NCBI RefSeq assembly: GCF_001194135.2
Contig: NC_068983.1
Coordinates: 121,023,220-121,082,499 of the forward strand
Length of the DNA stretch: 59,280 nt
DNA from: Octopus bimaculoides
Taxonomy: Eukaryota
Direction: 5' to 3'
Made by a program: the position numbers and the translations under genes. The notes under the pieces were generated by a model. That model saw nothing but the letters and a program-made list of their open reading frames with translations, was not told the origin of the DNA and did not search any database. Positions 1 to 12,816 of the stretch are shown piece by piece (the stretch's first letter is position 1; every line of letters starts with the position of its first letter).

Positions 1-60
<60 letters not shown>
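1..60. repeat. (TA)n(TACA)n microsatellite; other large simple repeats at 3377-3413, 12780-12816, 16620-16682, 18330-18362, 18580-18628, 21366-21427, 29447-29657, 36070-36170, 40970-41092, 46413-46479, 47115-47157, 47571-47619, 50166-50258
   Basis: Di-, tri- and tetranucleotide tracts seen directly (TA, CA, TC, AAT, AGT, GTT, CAT). Confidence 0.95.
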
Positions 61-63
<3 letters not shown>

Positions 64-607
64 GTCCCTGTTGACAAAAAGTGTTTTTCAAAAAGCCCTA
101 TATGTGTGTATGTGTGCATGTATGCAAATACACACACACACACAGAAGTTTTTTTTTTAAAACACTTTTTGTTAACAGAGACTATCAAATTTGCATCATG
201 TAATATATTTGATCAATGTTATTTAAATGAAAAAGCCTGTTCCTGGCAAATCTGTCCTACACTCACATATTGTATTTATGCTATTCCATTCATTTTTTAA
301 TCTTTCCTGAAATAATGCTGACAAAGCTGAAAGTGAGGTTATGTTGTTAACTGCTTCTACTATGTCCCAAGCTCACCAACAGCAAAGAGCTACATTTAGC
401 AATGCAGTTCATGAACCACTTTGCGTAACTCAGCAATTTTACAGTGCTGTCACTTTTCAAAGAATTATGCCATTTCATTTTATGATGCTTAGTTACAGCC
501 AAGTGGAGCAAGTTAATGAAACTTTGAGTTTTTTTATTTTTTATATTTATTATCATCATAATCATATCATCATCATTATTATTATTATCACTATTATTAT
601 TATTATT

Positions 608-812
608 AAGGTGGTGAGCTGGCAGTATCGTTTGCATAATGACCAAAATGCTTAGCAGTATTTTGTCTGTCTTTACCTTCTGAGTTCTAATTCTGCTGAG
701 GTCGACTTTGCCTTTCATCCATTTAGGGTTGGTTAAAATGAGTATCAATTGAGCACTGGGGGCTGATGTAGCTGATTTACTCTATTCCTTGAAATTGATG
801 GCCTTGTGTCAA
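608..812 (+). mobile_element. CORE-like tRNA-derived SINE (family C), missing its last ~10 nt
   Basis: aaggtggtgagctggcag...ttctgagttctaattctgctgaggtcgactttgcctttcatcc...ggccttgtgtcaa. The same motif string recurs many times in the window. Preceded by (ATT)n. Confidence 0.8.
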
Positions 813-1460
813 CAGCTACTGTCACGTGTAGGACGGATCCGGCTATCAGCTAGATCCATCGTGAGAATTGACCCGCCGACCTCCTTTAACCAGGAGGGCA
901 AGGCAATTTTCCTATGCCTAGTGGCTGTAGCGAAAGAGGTGATATGGTGGACCTGTTTGAAAGGGTTAAAGACAGACACTTTCCTCATTGGCCAAGGCCT
1001 CATCAACTTTTTCAAGTTCCACTTGAAAAGGAAGATGAGAGTAGAGAGGGAAGTGCTGTCTCATAGCAAATTCGTTGAAAGATGGGTGACTGTTGGAAAA
1101 ATGGCCAGTATAAACGGACCAATTCTGAGAATACACCTGTAGAAAAAAAAAAAAGGTAATGTAAAAGGAGAAAGGGCTCTATACCCCTTTCTTATTTTTT
1201 TCTGACCAGGCTCCCGTGGTTTTATGGGTTTTTCCACGTGTAACCTTCCCTTTTTCGAAGCGCCTCCCCCTTTGGGAGTTCTACTTATTTATTTATCTAT
1301 TTATTTATCTATTTATTTATTATATCTTTCTCCGTTTTCTTCCTCTGTTTAGACAAACTTTCCTACCTTTTCGGACAAAACCTTTTGTAACCTTCGTCTT
1401 GTCTTTGTACTTATATGTTTTTAATTGATATTAGCCCTTGTGGCCAATAAAACGAATTAA
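813..1460 (+). mobile_element. 5'-truncated Tx1/L1-clade LINE: ORF2 C-terminus (stop at 1140-1142) plus 3' UTR
   Basis: Open frame QLLSRVGRIRLSARSIVRIDPP...FLCLVAVAKEVIWWTCLKGL...FFKFHLKRKMRVEREVLSHSKFVERW resembles the Tx1/L1 ORF2 tail pattern (L.AK..IW..R ... F..RW). It is followed by a T-rich UTR, aataaa and (ATT)n. Confidence 0.7.
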
Positions 1461-1547
1461 TTATTATTATTATCATTAATATTATTGAAACTTTGAGGTT
1501 TTCTTAATTTTTGATTTATTTATCATCATCATCATTATTATTATTAT

Positions 1548-1742
1548 TAAGGCAGTGAGCATACCTTAATAATGATAGCATACCTGGCAAAATACTTAGT
1601 GGCATTTTGTCTGCCAAGGTCGACATTGCTTTTCATCCTTTCTGAATCGATAAAATAAGTACCAGTTGAGAACTGGGGTCAATGTATTTGACTCACCCCC
1701 ACCCCCAAAATTGCTGGTTTTGAGCCAAAATTTTGAAACCAT
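1548..1742 (+). mobile_element. Family C SINE, internally deleted
   Basis: aaggcagtgagc...ggtcgacattgctttcatcc...gataaaataagtaccagttgagaactggggtcaatgta...ccaaaattttgaaacc, with (ATT)n on both sides. Confidence 0.75.
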
Positions 1743-1937
1743 TATTATTATTATTATTAATTTGCATGGGCACAGCATAACAGTGTGTATTGGATAGAAA
1801 CCACTAAACTAACTTACATCGTAACCATTATGGATCATACGCACACACACACACATGAATTGAAGGACTACACAGAGATCTACATACATATGCAAATGTA
1901 TGCTTACATTCATGCATACATTCACACATACATTCAT

Positions 1938-2622
1938 GTTGTTGTTGTTGGCACTCCGTTGCTTACGACGTTGAGGGTTCCAGTTGATCCGATCAACGGA
2001 ACAGCCTGCTCGTGAAATTAACGTGCAAGTGGCTGAGCACTCCACAGACACGTGTACCCTTAACGTAGTTCTCGGGGATATTCAGCGTGACACAGTGTGA
2101 CAATGCTGACCCTTTGGATTACAGGCACAACAGAAACAGGAAGTAAGAGTGAGAGAAAGTTGTGGTGGAAGAGTACAGCAGGGTTCGCCACCATTCCCTG
2201 CTGGAGCCTCGTGGAGCTTTAGGTGTTTTTGCTCAATAAACACTCGCAACGCCCAGTCTGGGAATCGAAACCGCGATNNNNNNNNNNTCAACGGAACAGC
2301 CTGCTCGTGAAATTAACGTGCAAGTGGCTGAGCACTCCACAGACACGTGTACCCTTAACGTAGTTCTCGGGGATATTCAGCGTGACACAGTGTGACAATG
2401 CTGACCCTTTGGATTACAGGCACAACAGAAACAGGAAGTAAGAGTGAGAGAAAGTTGTGGTGGAAGAGTACAGCAGGGTTCGCCACCATTCCCTGCTGGA
2501 GCCTCGTGGAGCTTTAGGTGTTTTTGCTCAATAAACACTCGCAACGCCCAGTCTGGGAATCGAAACCGCGATCCTATGACCGCGAGTCCGCTGCCCTAAC
2601 CACTGGGCCATTGCGCCTCCAC
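1938..2622 (-). mobile_element. tRNA-derived SINE family A, copy 1 (internal duplication across a 10-N gap is probably an assembly artefact)
   Basis: Minus-strand head ggaggcgcaatggcccagtggttagggcagcgg...ggtttcgattccc carries A and B boxes. Has an (AAC)n tail and a 12-bp TSD acatacattcat (1926-1937 / 2623-2634). Confidence 0.92.
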
Positions 2623-3373
2623 ACATACATTCATACTTATATACAGACATGAAAATATGCATACATAAATGCAAACATACCTTCATACATACATAATACA
2701 TACATGCACTTGTGCACACATTTTTTTCATTCATTCAAAGTCATTATGTTCCATTTGCAAAGCAACCTTTTGGGTAATATCCTTTTATTCACGAGAGAAA
2801 AAAAAAAGAAGAAATGAGGCAATTGGTGCTTCAAGTGTAGTTGATGGCTAAATCACAGCAGTCCATTAGAGGAATACTTGTGGCATTATGTTTACTCGTA
2901 TAAAAATATTTGATCTGTGGGTTAACATTCATTTGTAATTGGAGCACCCACTGCAGAGAATGCAAATAACCACAATGGTGAAATGTACTTAAGGAACAAA
3001 TGATAGACACTACATCTTGTGTTTTATCATAATTTTGATTACATATGCTGTATCATAATACTAATAATACTGCTAAGTACACCACTTTGCTGGAAGTAGA
3101 TTGGTTAATGATAATCTATGTGGAGCTCTAAACATCATGACAGTTGTTCATCTAACTGTACACATGATAGATACTATGTACACATATATTTGTCTGTTGA
3201 GTTGTGATTAAGTGACTGCTGAAGCTATTTTGCAATATACATTACATAATGCACATGACTAAATCATTGTGATCGTTCATGTCTGTAAACATGATGTCTG
3301 ATTGGTCACTTGCATGCTATTGAAACAATTGTACACCATAGAATGAATGTAATACCAAATACTCTATTCTTCA

Positions 3374-3417
<44 letters not shown>

Positions 3418-3829
3418 TGTAATACGTACATAATGTATACATGCAAACATGCATATTACTAGTTATTGAGTAACTTTAGCTCATTGGTTTAGAACCTTTT
3501 TAACCTTGAAGAACTCTTGAAATTAATTCCTTGCTTCAAGAAACTCTTACAAAAACATTATTATATATCATTATTCATTTTTTTCTTTCTCTTTTATAAA
3601 NNNNNNNNNNNNNNNNNNNNNNNNNNNNNNNNNNNNNNNNNNNNNNNNNNNNNNNNNNNNNNNNNNNNNNNNNNNNNNNNNNNNNNNNNNNNNNNNNNNN
3701 NNNNNNNNNNNNNNNNNNNNNNNNNNNNNNNNNNNNNNNNNNNNNNNNNNNNNNNNNNNNNNNNNNNNNNNNNNNNNNNNNNNNNNNNNNACATAATATA
3801 TTTAAAAATTTCATAAGACATATCTCTCT

Positions 3830-4199
3830 TTTACTCTTTTACTTGTTTCAGTCTTTTGACTGTGGCCGTGCTGGAGCACCGCCTTTTAGTCGTGCAAATC
3901 GACCCCAGGACTTATTCTTTAAAAGCCTGGTACTTATTCTATTGGTCTCTTTTGCCGAACCGCTAAGTTACGGGGACATAAACACACCAGCATCGGTTGT
4001 CAAGCGATGTTGGGGGGACAAACTCAGACACACAAACACATACATATATATATACATATATACGACGGGATTCTTTCAGTTTCCGTCTACCAAATCCACT
4101 CACAAGGCTTTGGTCGGCCCGAGGCTATAGTAGAAAACACTTGCCCAAGATGCCACGCAGTGGGACTGAACCCGGGACCATGTGGTTGGTAAGCAAGCA
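3830..4199 (-). mobile_element. tRNA-derived SINE family B (internal TA/CA microsatellite), slightly 5'-truncated
   Basis: Minus strand reads ccaaccacatggtcccgggttcagtcccactgcgtggcatcttgggcaagtg...gtggatttggtagacggaaactgaaag...(TA/TG)n...gctccagcacggccacagtcaaaagactgaaacaagt. It matches other copies in the window. Confidence 0.88.
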
Positions 4200-4329
4200 T
4201 ATGTTATATATTTTAATGTATAAACTGGTTTAAGCAAAAAAATTAATAATAATAACTTAAATAATAATAGCCTAAATTTTTCTTGAATATATTGGAGATC
4301 CAAAAAGTAACAGAAATCAAACTGTTTCA

Positions 4330-4535
4330 TCATCATCATTTGACATTTGTTTTCTATGCTGATATGGGTTGGATGGTTTGACAGGAGCAAGCAAGTCAGA
4401 AGACTGTGCCAAGCTCTACTATCTGCTTTGGCATGGTTTCTATGACTAGATGCCCTTCTTAATGCTAACCACTTTACAGCAGAGTCCACCGGGTGCTTTT
4501 TAAATGAGACTAGCAGCAGTAAGGTCACCAAATTA
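4330..4535 (-). mobile_element. Older RTE-type 3' tail; similar decayed tails at about 14460-14550 (+), 22800-22990 (-), 24450-24510 (+), 41635-41850 (-), 56685-56740 (+), 56990-57150 (+)
   Basis: catcatcatttgacatttgttttctatgctgatatgggttggatgg...tagatgcccttcttaatgctaaccacttt. Confidence 0.65.
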
Positions 4536-4699
4536 TATACAAGACAAGACTCCTCAACTGAGGTGGGGAGTAGTATTGAGGAGGTGGCTTTGTGCCATAA
4601 ATGAGGTTAGAATATGAGCAGAGGGAGAGCAATAGGTGTTTTGAAGTAAAGGGGATACATGGCTTCCTCAGTTGAAAAGAGAGGGAGAGAAAGAAAATG

Positions 4700-4990
4700 A
4701 AAGATGGTAAATATGTGATGGAGAGAGAGGTGTATATTAAATGACAGTGAAGTGGGGCCAAGGATTGGATAGGGTGAGTGGATGGGTAAGTTTGCAAGAT
4801 TGCAAAAGCAGAGTGAGAAGTAGAGGAGAGGGATTGTTAGGAGAATATGCTGTGGGAAAGAGATTTAACAAAGGTGATTGAGAGATGAGGGGAAAGGGAG
4901 TACAAGAGATGGAGGTGTTGGGAATATGGGATGTGTGAGACAGGTTTGTCAGGGATGGATCATATGCAGGGTGTGGTGGAGCATAAACAT
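4700..4990 (-). mobile_element. Possible Penelope-like RT remnant; weaker similar blocks at about 22000-22280 (-) and 55140-55350 (+)
   Basis: Minus frame HIPYSQHLHL resembles Penelope SIPYSQ.LRL. 55150-55260 reads LNHINLIQPSIPFLDLMI, resembling ..SIPFLD..I. Short motifs only. Confidence 0.3.
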
Positions 4991-5969
4991 ATAGGACATG
5001 TCTTTATAGCTTCTCAAGCACAACAAATTGCCAATTGTCCGAGTCCTTTGTCATCTCCTCTGTGAAGCTCAGCTTCTTTAGAAAATTTTTGGGCATTTTT
5101 CAAAAGAATTCACAAGAAGGCTTCCTTTCACACAAGAAAAAAAAAAGAACTAGGCATATCTTTATTCACAGAACATAAGCGGCCAACCTCTTGGGGTGGA
5201 CCTCCATCATTTGAATATGAGAATTCAGTTGTTAAAGCATCTGAGTTATTTGGTCCTGAATTAGCATGTACTCTTGATATTATTCCTAAGCAGAATCAAC
5301 ATGACACAGTGTAACTGAGCTTTACTTCTTGAATTACATATACAATCTCCCCAGTTGGCTTCTATACAGTTTTCATCTACAAGTTATGCTGACTACTCTA
5401 TAGAGCATACAGGGTTCTTTTTACATGGCACCAGCAGCAGTGAGGTCACCAAATGGTTTACAAGATGGCTTTTGGCCAAGGTGCCACACAGTGGAATCAA
5501 ACTGGAAGCCTTGTGGTTGTAAAGCATATTTCTTAACCATTCTGCTACACTGCATGTTCTCAATATCCTATACAGCACATATAGATGAAATAAAAACAAA
5601 TAATTACTACCATGGCTTAATCTTTTATTGACAATGTTAAAAAGGCATAAAATATAGGTAGGCAATTTGTGATATGAGTAAAGATAATGCTATTTTTGAA
5701 TTTAGATAATAAAATTTACTTCTCTAATGAGAAACCTGTTTTTGTCTTTTAGTACTCAGATACTTAATTCAAGGCCATACTTTAGATAATTACACTTGGA
5801 TTTTGTCTTCTACTAGAAGGAGATAGTTTCTATCTTTGCTCTAGATATTTGTCAAATATGAAAAAACTCCTTCCTACTTGTAAGAATTTTCAAACTGTTG
5901 CAGTATATTTATATCTTTCCTATGAAAGGCAGGATACTCCTCTTTCACAACAAATCTCATTTTCTGTTT

Positions 5970-7400
5970 GACCATGTTGCATCTCACCCTGTGCTTCTTC
6001 TTCTTCTCTTACATCTCAGGATGAGTAGAAGATTCAAAGTGTGGATCCCTCTCTTTCTCAGTCATATACTTCTGTTAAAAAGCAGAGAAAATAAAGTTCT
6101 ATTTTGATCAAGTTTTTCCAGATGGGTTTCAAAATTACTTGAAATTTACTGATGTTTTTCTTATAATTGAAACATTTCAAGATTTCGTTTTGCAACATGA
6201 TTTTAACAAAGATTCAGTCTTTTAAATCCCAAAATCTTTTACTTTGAAATCTGTACATTTTCTCCTGGATCTTGTCATTATTTCTACAACTGATTCATGC
6301 AATGAAAATTGTTTGCTTAGTAAATTAACACCATTTTCCATCTTCAAAACACTTAGCAAATTCTGGTTTACTGTTTTCTTGAAAGCATCTCCAGCAATTC
6401 TTCTTTCAGTTCAAACATCTTATTTAAAATTTTTCCTCTCTTCAGCCACCAAATTTCTGGAGGTAGCAAGAGATTTTATGTGCTCTTTGTCCAAGTTTTC
6501 ACGCTGCTTTTTAAATATTCTGGAGTGAAGTGGGTTTGTTTTATGATGTTGACCATTTTTGTAGCATTATTAAAAATGTTTTTCTATTCACTTCTGAGAA
6601 ATTTTAAAATCAGCACTGCTTTGTGAAGAAAGAAATATGTTAAGATGCTATTTGCTTTATCTTGTTTTACTAGAGAAATCTCTTATGGAGACAACTATTG
6701 ATGGGGCAGTATTCAGTACAGATGCCAAACACAGTTCTTGTAGGAGAGATCTCTTGTTTTCATAGAAAAAAGTTTTCTTGAATTTCATCCTTATTGACAA
6801 ATTTTACAAAAGCTACAATGCAACATTTATTGGTAAGATCTGTTGACTCATCAACCTGGATAGAAAAACTTCTATTTTCAGTTTATCATACAAAGCCACT
6901 TCAGCATCATGTGACTTGTCATCATTGAATCAACTGAAAGTGGAACATTTTCAGTTTCTCCCACTGCAGTTTGTCTCAACATTTCTCTAAGATAATTTTA
7001 CATGCTGGCATTATCAGGCACTCATCACCTTTGCAATACTTTCCTTTGTGTGCAATAATTTGTGCAACCAAATAGCATGCTTCTCGAGGCTTTTCACTGA
7101 TACTGGCTTTACTTATAAAAGCTATATTCTGTTTAATCAGCACTTTCACTTCTTATGCAATTGTGATTTATCATCAAGTATCTTTTCAATTTTGCTAGAG
7201 CCACTATTGCATTTGAATAATGTTTGCGATAAGTAAGGCCCTATAGAATAGTATGACATGGATCACCAGTTCATGTAAGCCCATGGATAAATATTTGTTA
7301 TTGTACAAAAGAACATCTTTAATGTTCATTTTTGGAGAGAAAATTATCAGAAGATGGTGATTTTTCATCAGAAATTTTGATGCTTCCTTTTCAGAAATAG
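5970..7400 (-). mobile_element. Decayed hAT (Buster/Charlie, ZBED5/SCAND3-like) transposase
   Basis: Minus-strand frames with many stops and frameshifts give EACYLVAQIIA, LIMPACKII, FSIQVDESTDLTNKCCIVAFVKFV (6841-6870 covers the DESTD motif), MVNIIK and RGKILNKMFELKEEL. These are diagnostic Buster-family motifs. Confidence 0.9.
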
Positions 7401-7604
7401 CCATAGAGGATTGTAAGAAATTTCTTCAGAACAATTAAAAGCAAAATAAATAAATAAATAAATGTGAAAAAGCCTTATGCCAATAAAATTGAAGCCAATA
7501 AATGTAAACAGAACAATTAACCTTTGAGGTGTGAGTTAAAAAAAAGGAAACAATACAAACCTTTTTATACAATACAAACTTTTTTATAAAAACCATATAC
7601 AAAC

Positions 7605-7735
7605 ACATAGGTTTAGAAAGGCAAAATTGACCTCAGCAGAATTTGAACTCAGAGCATAACGCCAGTGAAATACTGCTCAGCATTTGCCTAGTGTGCTAAT
7701 GATTTTGCCAGTTTGATGCCTTACAGCTAATAAGC
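7605..7735 (-). mobile_element. Family C SINE fragment
   Basis: gaaaggcaaaattgacctcagcagaatttgaactcagag...gattttgccagtttgatgcctta. Confidence 0.7.
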
Positions 7736-8134
7736 ATAATGTTATGCATATTTTATTTCCTTTAATAAGGCAAAAATAAAGAAACCAGTACCATTTTCTT
7801 TAGTTTTTACTTAGGTCTGTTCTGGTTTTGCATTTTCTGTTTTACATTATGCTTTTAATTCTTAATAATTTTACCGTGTTGGGAGATATTTGTATCATGA
7901 ATTGCAACCTGATGCAATGGATTTGGTGCATGATCTGTAGTATTCAAGGATCTTTGAAAATTACACATCATTAAAGAAATAGCTATCCTTCACATCTTAT
8001 ATTAGACAAAATCGTCATTTATGTTTACCTATGTTTTTATTTTGTCACTTTTAAATTAGTCTTTTTCTTTATAATTTCATAATGTGCAATATTGAAGAGT
8101 TGATAGTTGTTTTTAATTTTTATTCTTAATATAT

Positions 8135-8520
8135 TGTTGTTGTTGGCACTCCGTCGCTTATGACGTCAAGGGTTCCAGTTGATCTGATCAACGGAACAGC
8201 CTACTCGTGAAATTAACGTGCAAGTGGCTGAGCACTCCACAGACACATGTACCCTTAATGTAGTTCTCAGGGATATTCAGCGTGACACAATGTGACAAGG
8301 CTGACCCTTTGAATTACAAGCACAACAGAAACAGGAAGTAAGAGCGAGGGAAAGTTGTGGTGGAAGAGTACAGCAGGGTTCACTACCATCCCCTGCCGGA
8401 GCCTCGTGGAGCTTTAAGGTGTTTTCGCTCAATAAACACTCACAACGCCCGGTCTGGGAATCGAAACTGCGATCCTATGACCACGAGTCCACTGCCCTAA
8501 CCACTGGGCCATTGCGCCTC
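8135..8520 (-). mobile_element. SINE family A, copy 2
   Basis: Full length. TSD ttcttaatatat / ttcttgatatat. Confidence 0.92.
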
Positions 8521-9699
8521 TTCTTGATATATAATGCTTCATTAAAAATAAGCAAAGCAAGTTTGACCTTGCCCAGCCATGGTAAAGATAAAAGATTTAA
8601 ATACACCAAGAGCTTAAGTGCATCATAAAACCATCTTTGAAGGGTTCTACTCAGTTAACAAGACTATAATTGAGCAATATCTGTATAAAAATAGATGAAA
8701 TGTAGAGCCACTGATTATGCAGAATGAGACCCTAGGTTATTCCCTTGCCGATATTGTTGTTAATCACTACAGTCCACTGCTCTCTCTCTCTTTGTTTGAT
8801 TGTTTGTTTGTTTGTATGTATATATGTATGTCATTCTTAGTTTTGTCAGGTGAATAGAATATTCTTCACTAAGAAAGTTTAATAAAACTGAAATATGTGT
8901 GTTACTTTCATCATTTGACTTTAAGGACCAGAACTCTTTTGGTCTGCATTGTCTATTCTGTCAAATAATTTTAATCAACTGATCCTATGGGAAGTTACCT
9001 TCATTGCTTGCTTTTTCTTTGTTTTGATTTAGACTTAGATAGTAGTTACTTGGATCTTAGTCTAATCAGAGTTTTTTTTCTTTTTGTGTGTTACCCTACT
9101 CTGTATATAATTCTACCAATTGCATTAGAATAACTTGTAACATGCATGCAAATAAGCTAAGGCTGACTGGAAGGTGCTGATTTGTTGCTTTGACATAATC
9201 AGTGCTCTGTTTTTAGAGGCTTTATGAACTTCTCTCCAGATGGAAATGAAAACTCTCTGAACATAGAACAGACTATATGAGACATGCATAAGAAATGTGA
9301 GCCTAAAGCAAAGCATGATTTGGTGAATGTAAAATGCTAACTTTTGAGAATTAATTAGACTAGGTGTCAATAGGTAATGCATAATTTAAGAGACTGAACT
9401 GCTTTAGTAATTTAGGATGACAAGTCACGAAAATAAAGTACTGTGAATTAGCAATAGAAAGCATTTACCAATAGATAGATAAACGGAAAAGGAAGTCAAA
9501 TAAGGTTTGTTTTAGGTATTTTTTTCTTTTTCTTTATTTTGAAGTTATGGAAATCACTTTATTGAGCTATGCTGTTTTGAAATGTAAAGTCTACAGACCA
9601 ATTAAGTACAGGTACTGACATCCTAAATAAGTACAAACACATTATTGAACATTGGTGTATCAAATATGCAGGAGGCTTCAGATTATTACCTTGTCCATT

Positions 9700-10300
9700 T
9701 TCTCCAAGCTGGCATGGTGGAACAAGTTTTCTCCAGTATAGTGTTTCATCACCAGTTGTGATCATTTGCTATTTCTTTCAGGAGGTCAGCTTTCACAAGT
9801 TTTAACTAAGTCTTCCTAGCTTTTCCTATTTTGCAGAATCCATGCTCATAGATGACTTGGTACTTCTTAACCTATCTCAATGCACATTACACGTAGATGT
9901 TCACTGAGTCTTCTCTTTTGTCCATTACATCTGATTCCTTTTATACCCAGCTTTTATTCTTAATCCATTTGTGCTCTATTGATGCATTATACATCCAACA
10001 GAGCATGTTTACCTCATTTCTTTCCAGCCCCCACACATCTTCTGCATCCAGTGCCCATATTTCACTGCCAGCAGCATTATACATTTTATACATGCATCAT
10101 ACTTAGTAAATGCATCACACAAGCTGCCCTTCACTGAAAGAGAAAATCCCTTTGTTGTCAGCAGAAGTACTTGGCCTATGAATATTTTTCATCCTGTTTT
10201 TATTCTGATTATTATGCTCTCAGAACACACCCTATGCAGCTGTGCATTAGGTCACCTCTGTAACAGAAACTATCAATTATTTCTAGGGGACCTCTGAGCA
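9700..10300 (-). mobile_element. Old RTE-clade LINE ORF2 C-terminal remnant
   Basis: Minus frames give DSFCY(R)GDL, LLTTKGFSLSVKG, GSEIWALDAEDVWGLERNEVNMLCWMYN, which is the RTE post-RT region. Confidence 0.8.
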
Positions 10301-10738
10301 TTTGAATGAATTTATAAGGTTAATAAAATTGGAAGATGTAGCAATCATTGATGAAAGTGAAGTGAAATAGCTTGAAGAAGGGCCTGAGTCTGAATTATGA
10401 ATTGATTTCAGTTGAATTTATTGCTATTCTGTCATATTTCTTACTAGGAAATATTGCTTTTATAACTGGTATAATGATGATGACAACCTTATATTCTGGG
10501 ATTAAAGAACATGTCAGATGAAGGAATATTTGTCTGCTGATAGCCTTTCACATTTAATTCACCAGTCTTTCCTTTCACCTCTTCTTTTGTTACATTGTCT
10601 ATTCATCCTCCTTAATGTCTCTAACTGATTAGATCCTTTAGCAATAGCTGATATTCTGCTTCATACCATTCATATTGACTTTGTGTCCATATCCATTAAA
10701 TCTGCTAAACCAGCGTATATTGTTATTTCTCTTTCCCT

Positions 10739-10773
<35 letters not shown>

Positions 10774-11192
10774 TTTCTCTCTCTCTGCATTCTCTATTGT
10801 TGACAGTTTATTAAAACAGTGCTATAGAAATTGACAAGAAGTAATGGTGGGTTCTGGGTTTTTAACCAAAAGGTGTAACCTTGTTGTAGCCAGTGTTATG
10901 CTCCAAAGGGCAAAATAGGTAACAGACTTTTTTTTTTAATTGGTAAGTAAAGAACGAGTGGTGGTAGCTCTCATAACATCTGCATAACTGAGCTAAGTTG
11001 ATGCTCAGCTTGAACTTTTGTTGATTGATATATCAGCTAGAATTCTTAAAATCTTACTCTATCAGTTAGAGGTATCTGAACTCGTTTTTACGGTGGAAGT
11101 ATTCATCTGAAACGGATGATCTGCATGTGTTTAGTTTATCATGGAATAAGTTATTTTGCCCAGTAACTATCATGTGCAGTTTGAAATTAGAA

Positions 11193-11298
11193 CTTGACTC
11201 CAGATCAAATGAGAGGGTCTTGACTCCAGATCAAATGAGAGGGTCTTGACTCCAGATCAAATGAGAGGGTCTTGACTCCAGATCAAATGAGAGGGTCT
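11193..11298. repeat. Minisatellite: four perfect copies of 26-bp cttgactccagatcaaatgagagggt
   Basis: Read directly: units start at 11193, 11219, 11245 and 11271. Confidence 0.97.
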
Positions 11299-11796
11299 AT
11301 TGAAACAGTCAGGACATTTTGGTCTGATGCTGCACACTGGACTAGCTTTTTTCCAATCCATAAGAGAAGTTGAATTCAACCTCACTAGCTAACAAAATAT
11401 GTTTCATAGAATTTAGTTTGGTGCCTTACATGTTTCTGAGTTCAAATCCAGCCAGAAATTAATTTATATCTTCCGTCTGTCACATATGTACAAACTAAGC
11501 TGATGATGGAATACATCAATGGCAAGTCATAGAAAGATGAGAGGTGATAAAATTTCACAATGATAGAATTCATGGATGAGATACTACAGAATTCAGTAGG
11601 TCAGAGATATGCCATGTTGATAATCTATCCATAAGGAAGCTCAATGTTAATAGTAGTAATAATGATGATGATGATGGTAGTGGTTGATTCTATGTTCTCT
11701 TACAAAATTGGCTTTGCTCCTCTGTGTATGCATATTCTTCTAAAGCCATATAAATCATACCTACCTACATATTTACTTATCTACATTCATACAAAC

Positions 11797-11829
<33 letters not shown>

Positions 11830-12182
11830 AATAAACAAGCTATGTACCTACAAATGTACAAAAAAAAGAAGAAATACTGTGTTTTTCAAAGAAAGAGCAA
11901 AAGAGACCATGTGGATTCTCCAAATAGTGCAAGACATTCTGAAGATTCTCCATCTGAGATTCTTTAGGTGAATAGATACATACACTTGAGTATGTCCATC
12001 AATAGCTCAACCTGCACACCAACTCAATCACATATTTACAAACACCAGGAACTCTCTTAACTCTAGTGAATGGCTTAGACTCTCAAGTAAATAAAACTCA
12101 AAAGAAAAAATGCACACACACACACACACACACACATACACATACACACATATATATATACACATACATATATACATACATG

Positions 12183-12652
12183 TGCAGGTGTAGTTGTGTT
12201 TTTGAGAAGTTTGCTTCCCAACCATATGGTTTTGGGTTCGAAGGCATCACTATGTAGTGCCTTAAACAAGTGCCTATACATGTGATTCTGTTATGGCCTC
12301 AGGCTGAGCAAAGCCTTGTGAGTAGATTTGACTGAGAGAAACTGAAAGAAGCCAATACACATATATATGTATGTATATATATGTATGTATGTGTGTGTTA
12401 GTACCCCTATGTATTGACACTATGTGATAGTTGTAAATGAACATCGCTTGTTATACAAGCAGTGTCCTTCATTTCAACTCATCCATGAAAATGAAAACAT
12501 ATCCAGTCAAGGAGAAATATGATCTTGCTTGGAAGAGGGTTAGGGTTAGTGGCAGGAAGAGCATCTGGACTTAGAAAATCTGCATCAACAAATTCCATTC
12601 TACCCATGTAAGCATAGAAAAATAGATGTTAAAATGTTGATGGTGATGATGA
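12183..12652 (+). mobile_element. Older SINE with a family-B-like head and an RTE-like 3' tail
   Basis: Degenerate B head (cccaaccatatggttttgggttc...aaagccttgtgagtagatttg), ending in cccatgtaagcatagaaaaatagatgttaaaatg...(GAT)n like the RTE tail. Confidence 0.6.
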
Positions 12653-12773
12653 TATTTGTAAGTAGTAGTACAGTTCTATTATTATGAAACACTAAATGAT
12701 TCTGACAATAGAAACAATATGCACACACACTCGTACACATATATATGTTTGTATATGTATGTGTGTATGTATA

Positions 12774-12816
<43 letters not shown>

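Noticed and set aside
1993-2572. Apparent 285-bp tandem duplication within SINE A copy 1
   Set aside because: The two parts are identical, including private variants, are separated by a 10-N gap and share one TSD pair. This is typical of unmerged overlapping contig ends.
5970-7400. Domesticated ZBED/SCAND-like host gene
   Set aside because: Numerous stops and frameshifts show it is a decayed transposase.
8450-8520. tRNA genes at the SINE A and B heads
   Set aside because: A and B boxes are present, but the heads run into SINE bodies with tails and TSDs, and I could not build a complete cloverleaf.
11193-11298. CRISPR-like reading of the 26-bp repeats
   Set aside because: The units are contiguous with no spacers, there are no cas genes and the context is eukaryotic.
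11892-11967. Exon-like segment (ag|...MWILQIVQDILKILHLRFF...|gtgaat)
   Set aside because: The acceptor is weak, there is no PKC similarity, and no frame joins the PKC exon: the phase-1 and phase-0 frames contain stops, and the phase-2 join stops within a few codons.
12536-12549. gggttagggttag telomere-like motif
   Set aside because: Only about two units inside an old SINE, expected by chance.
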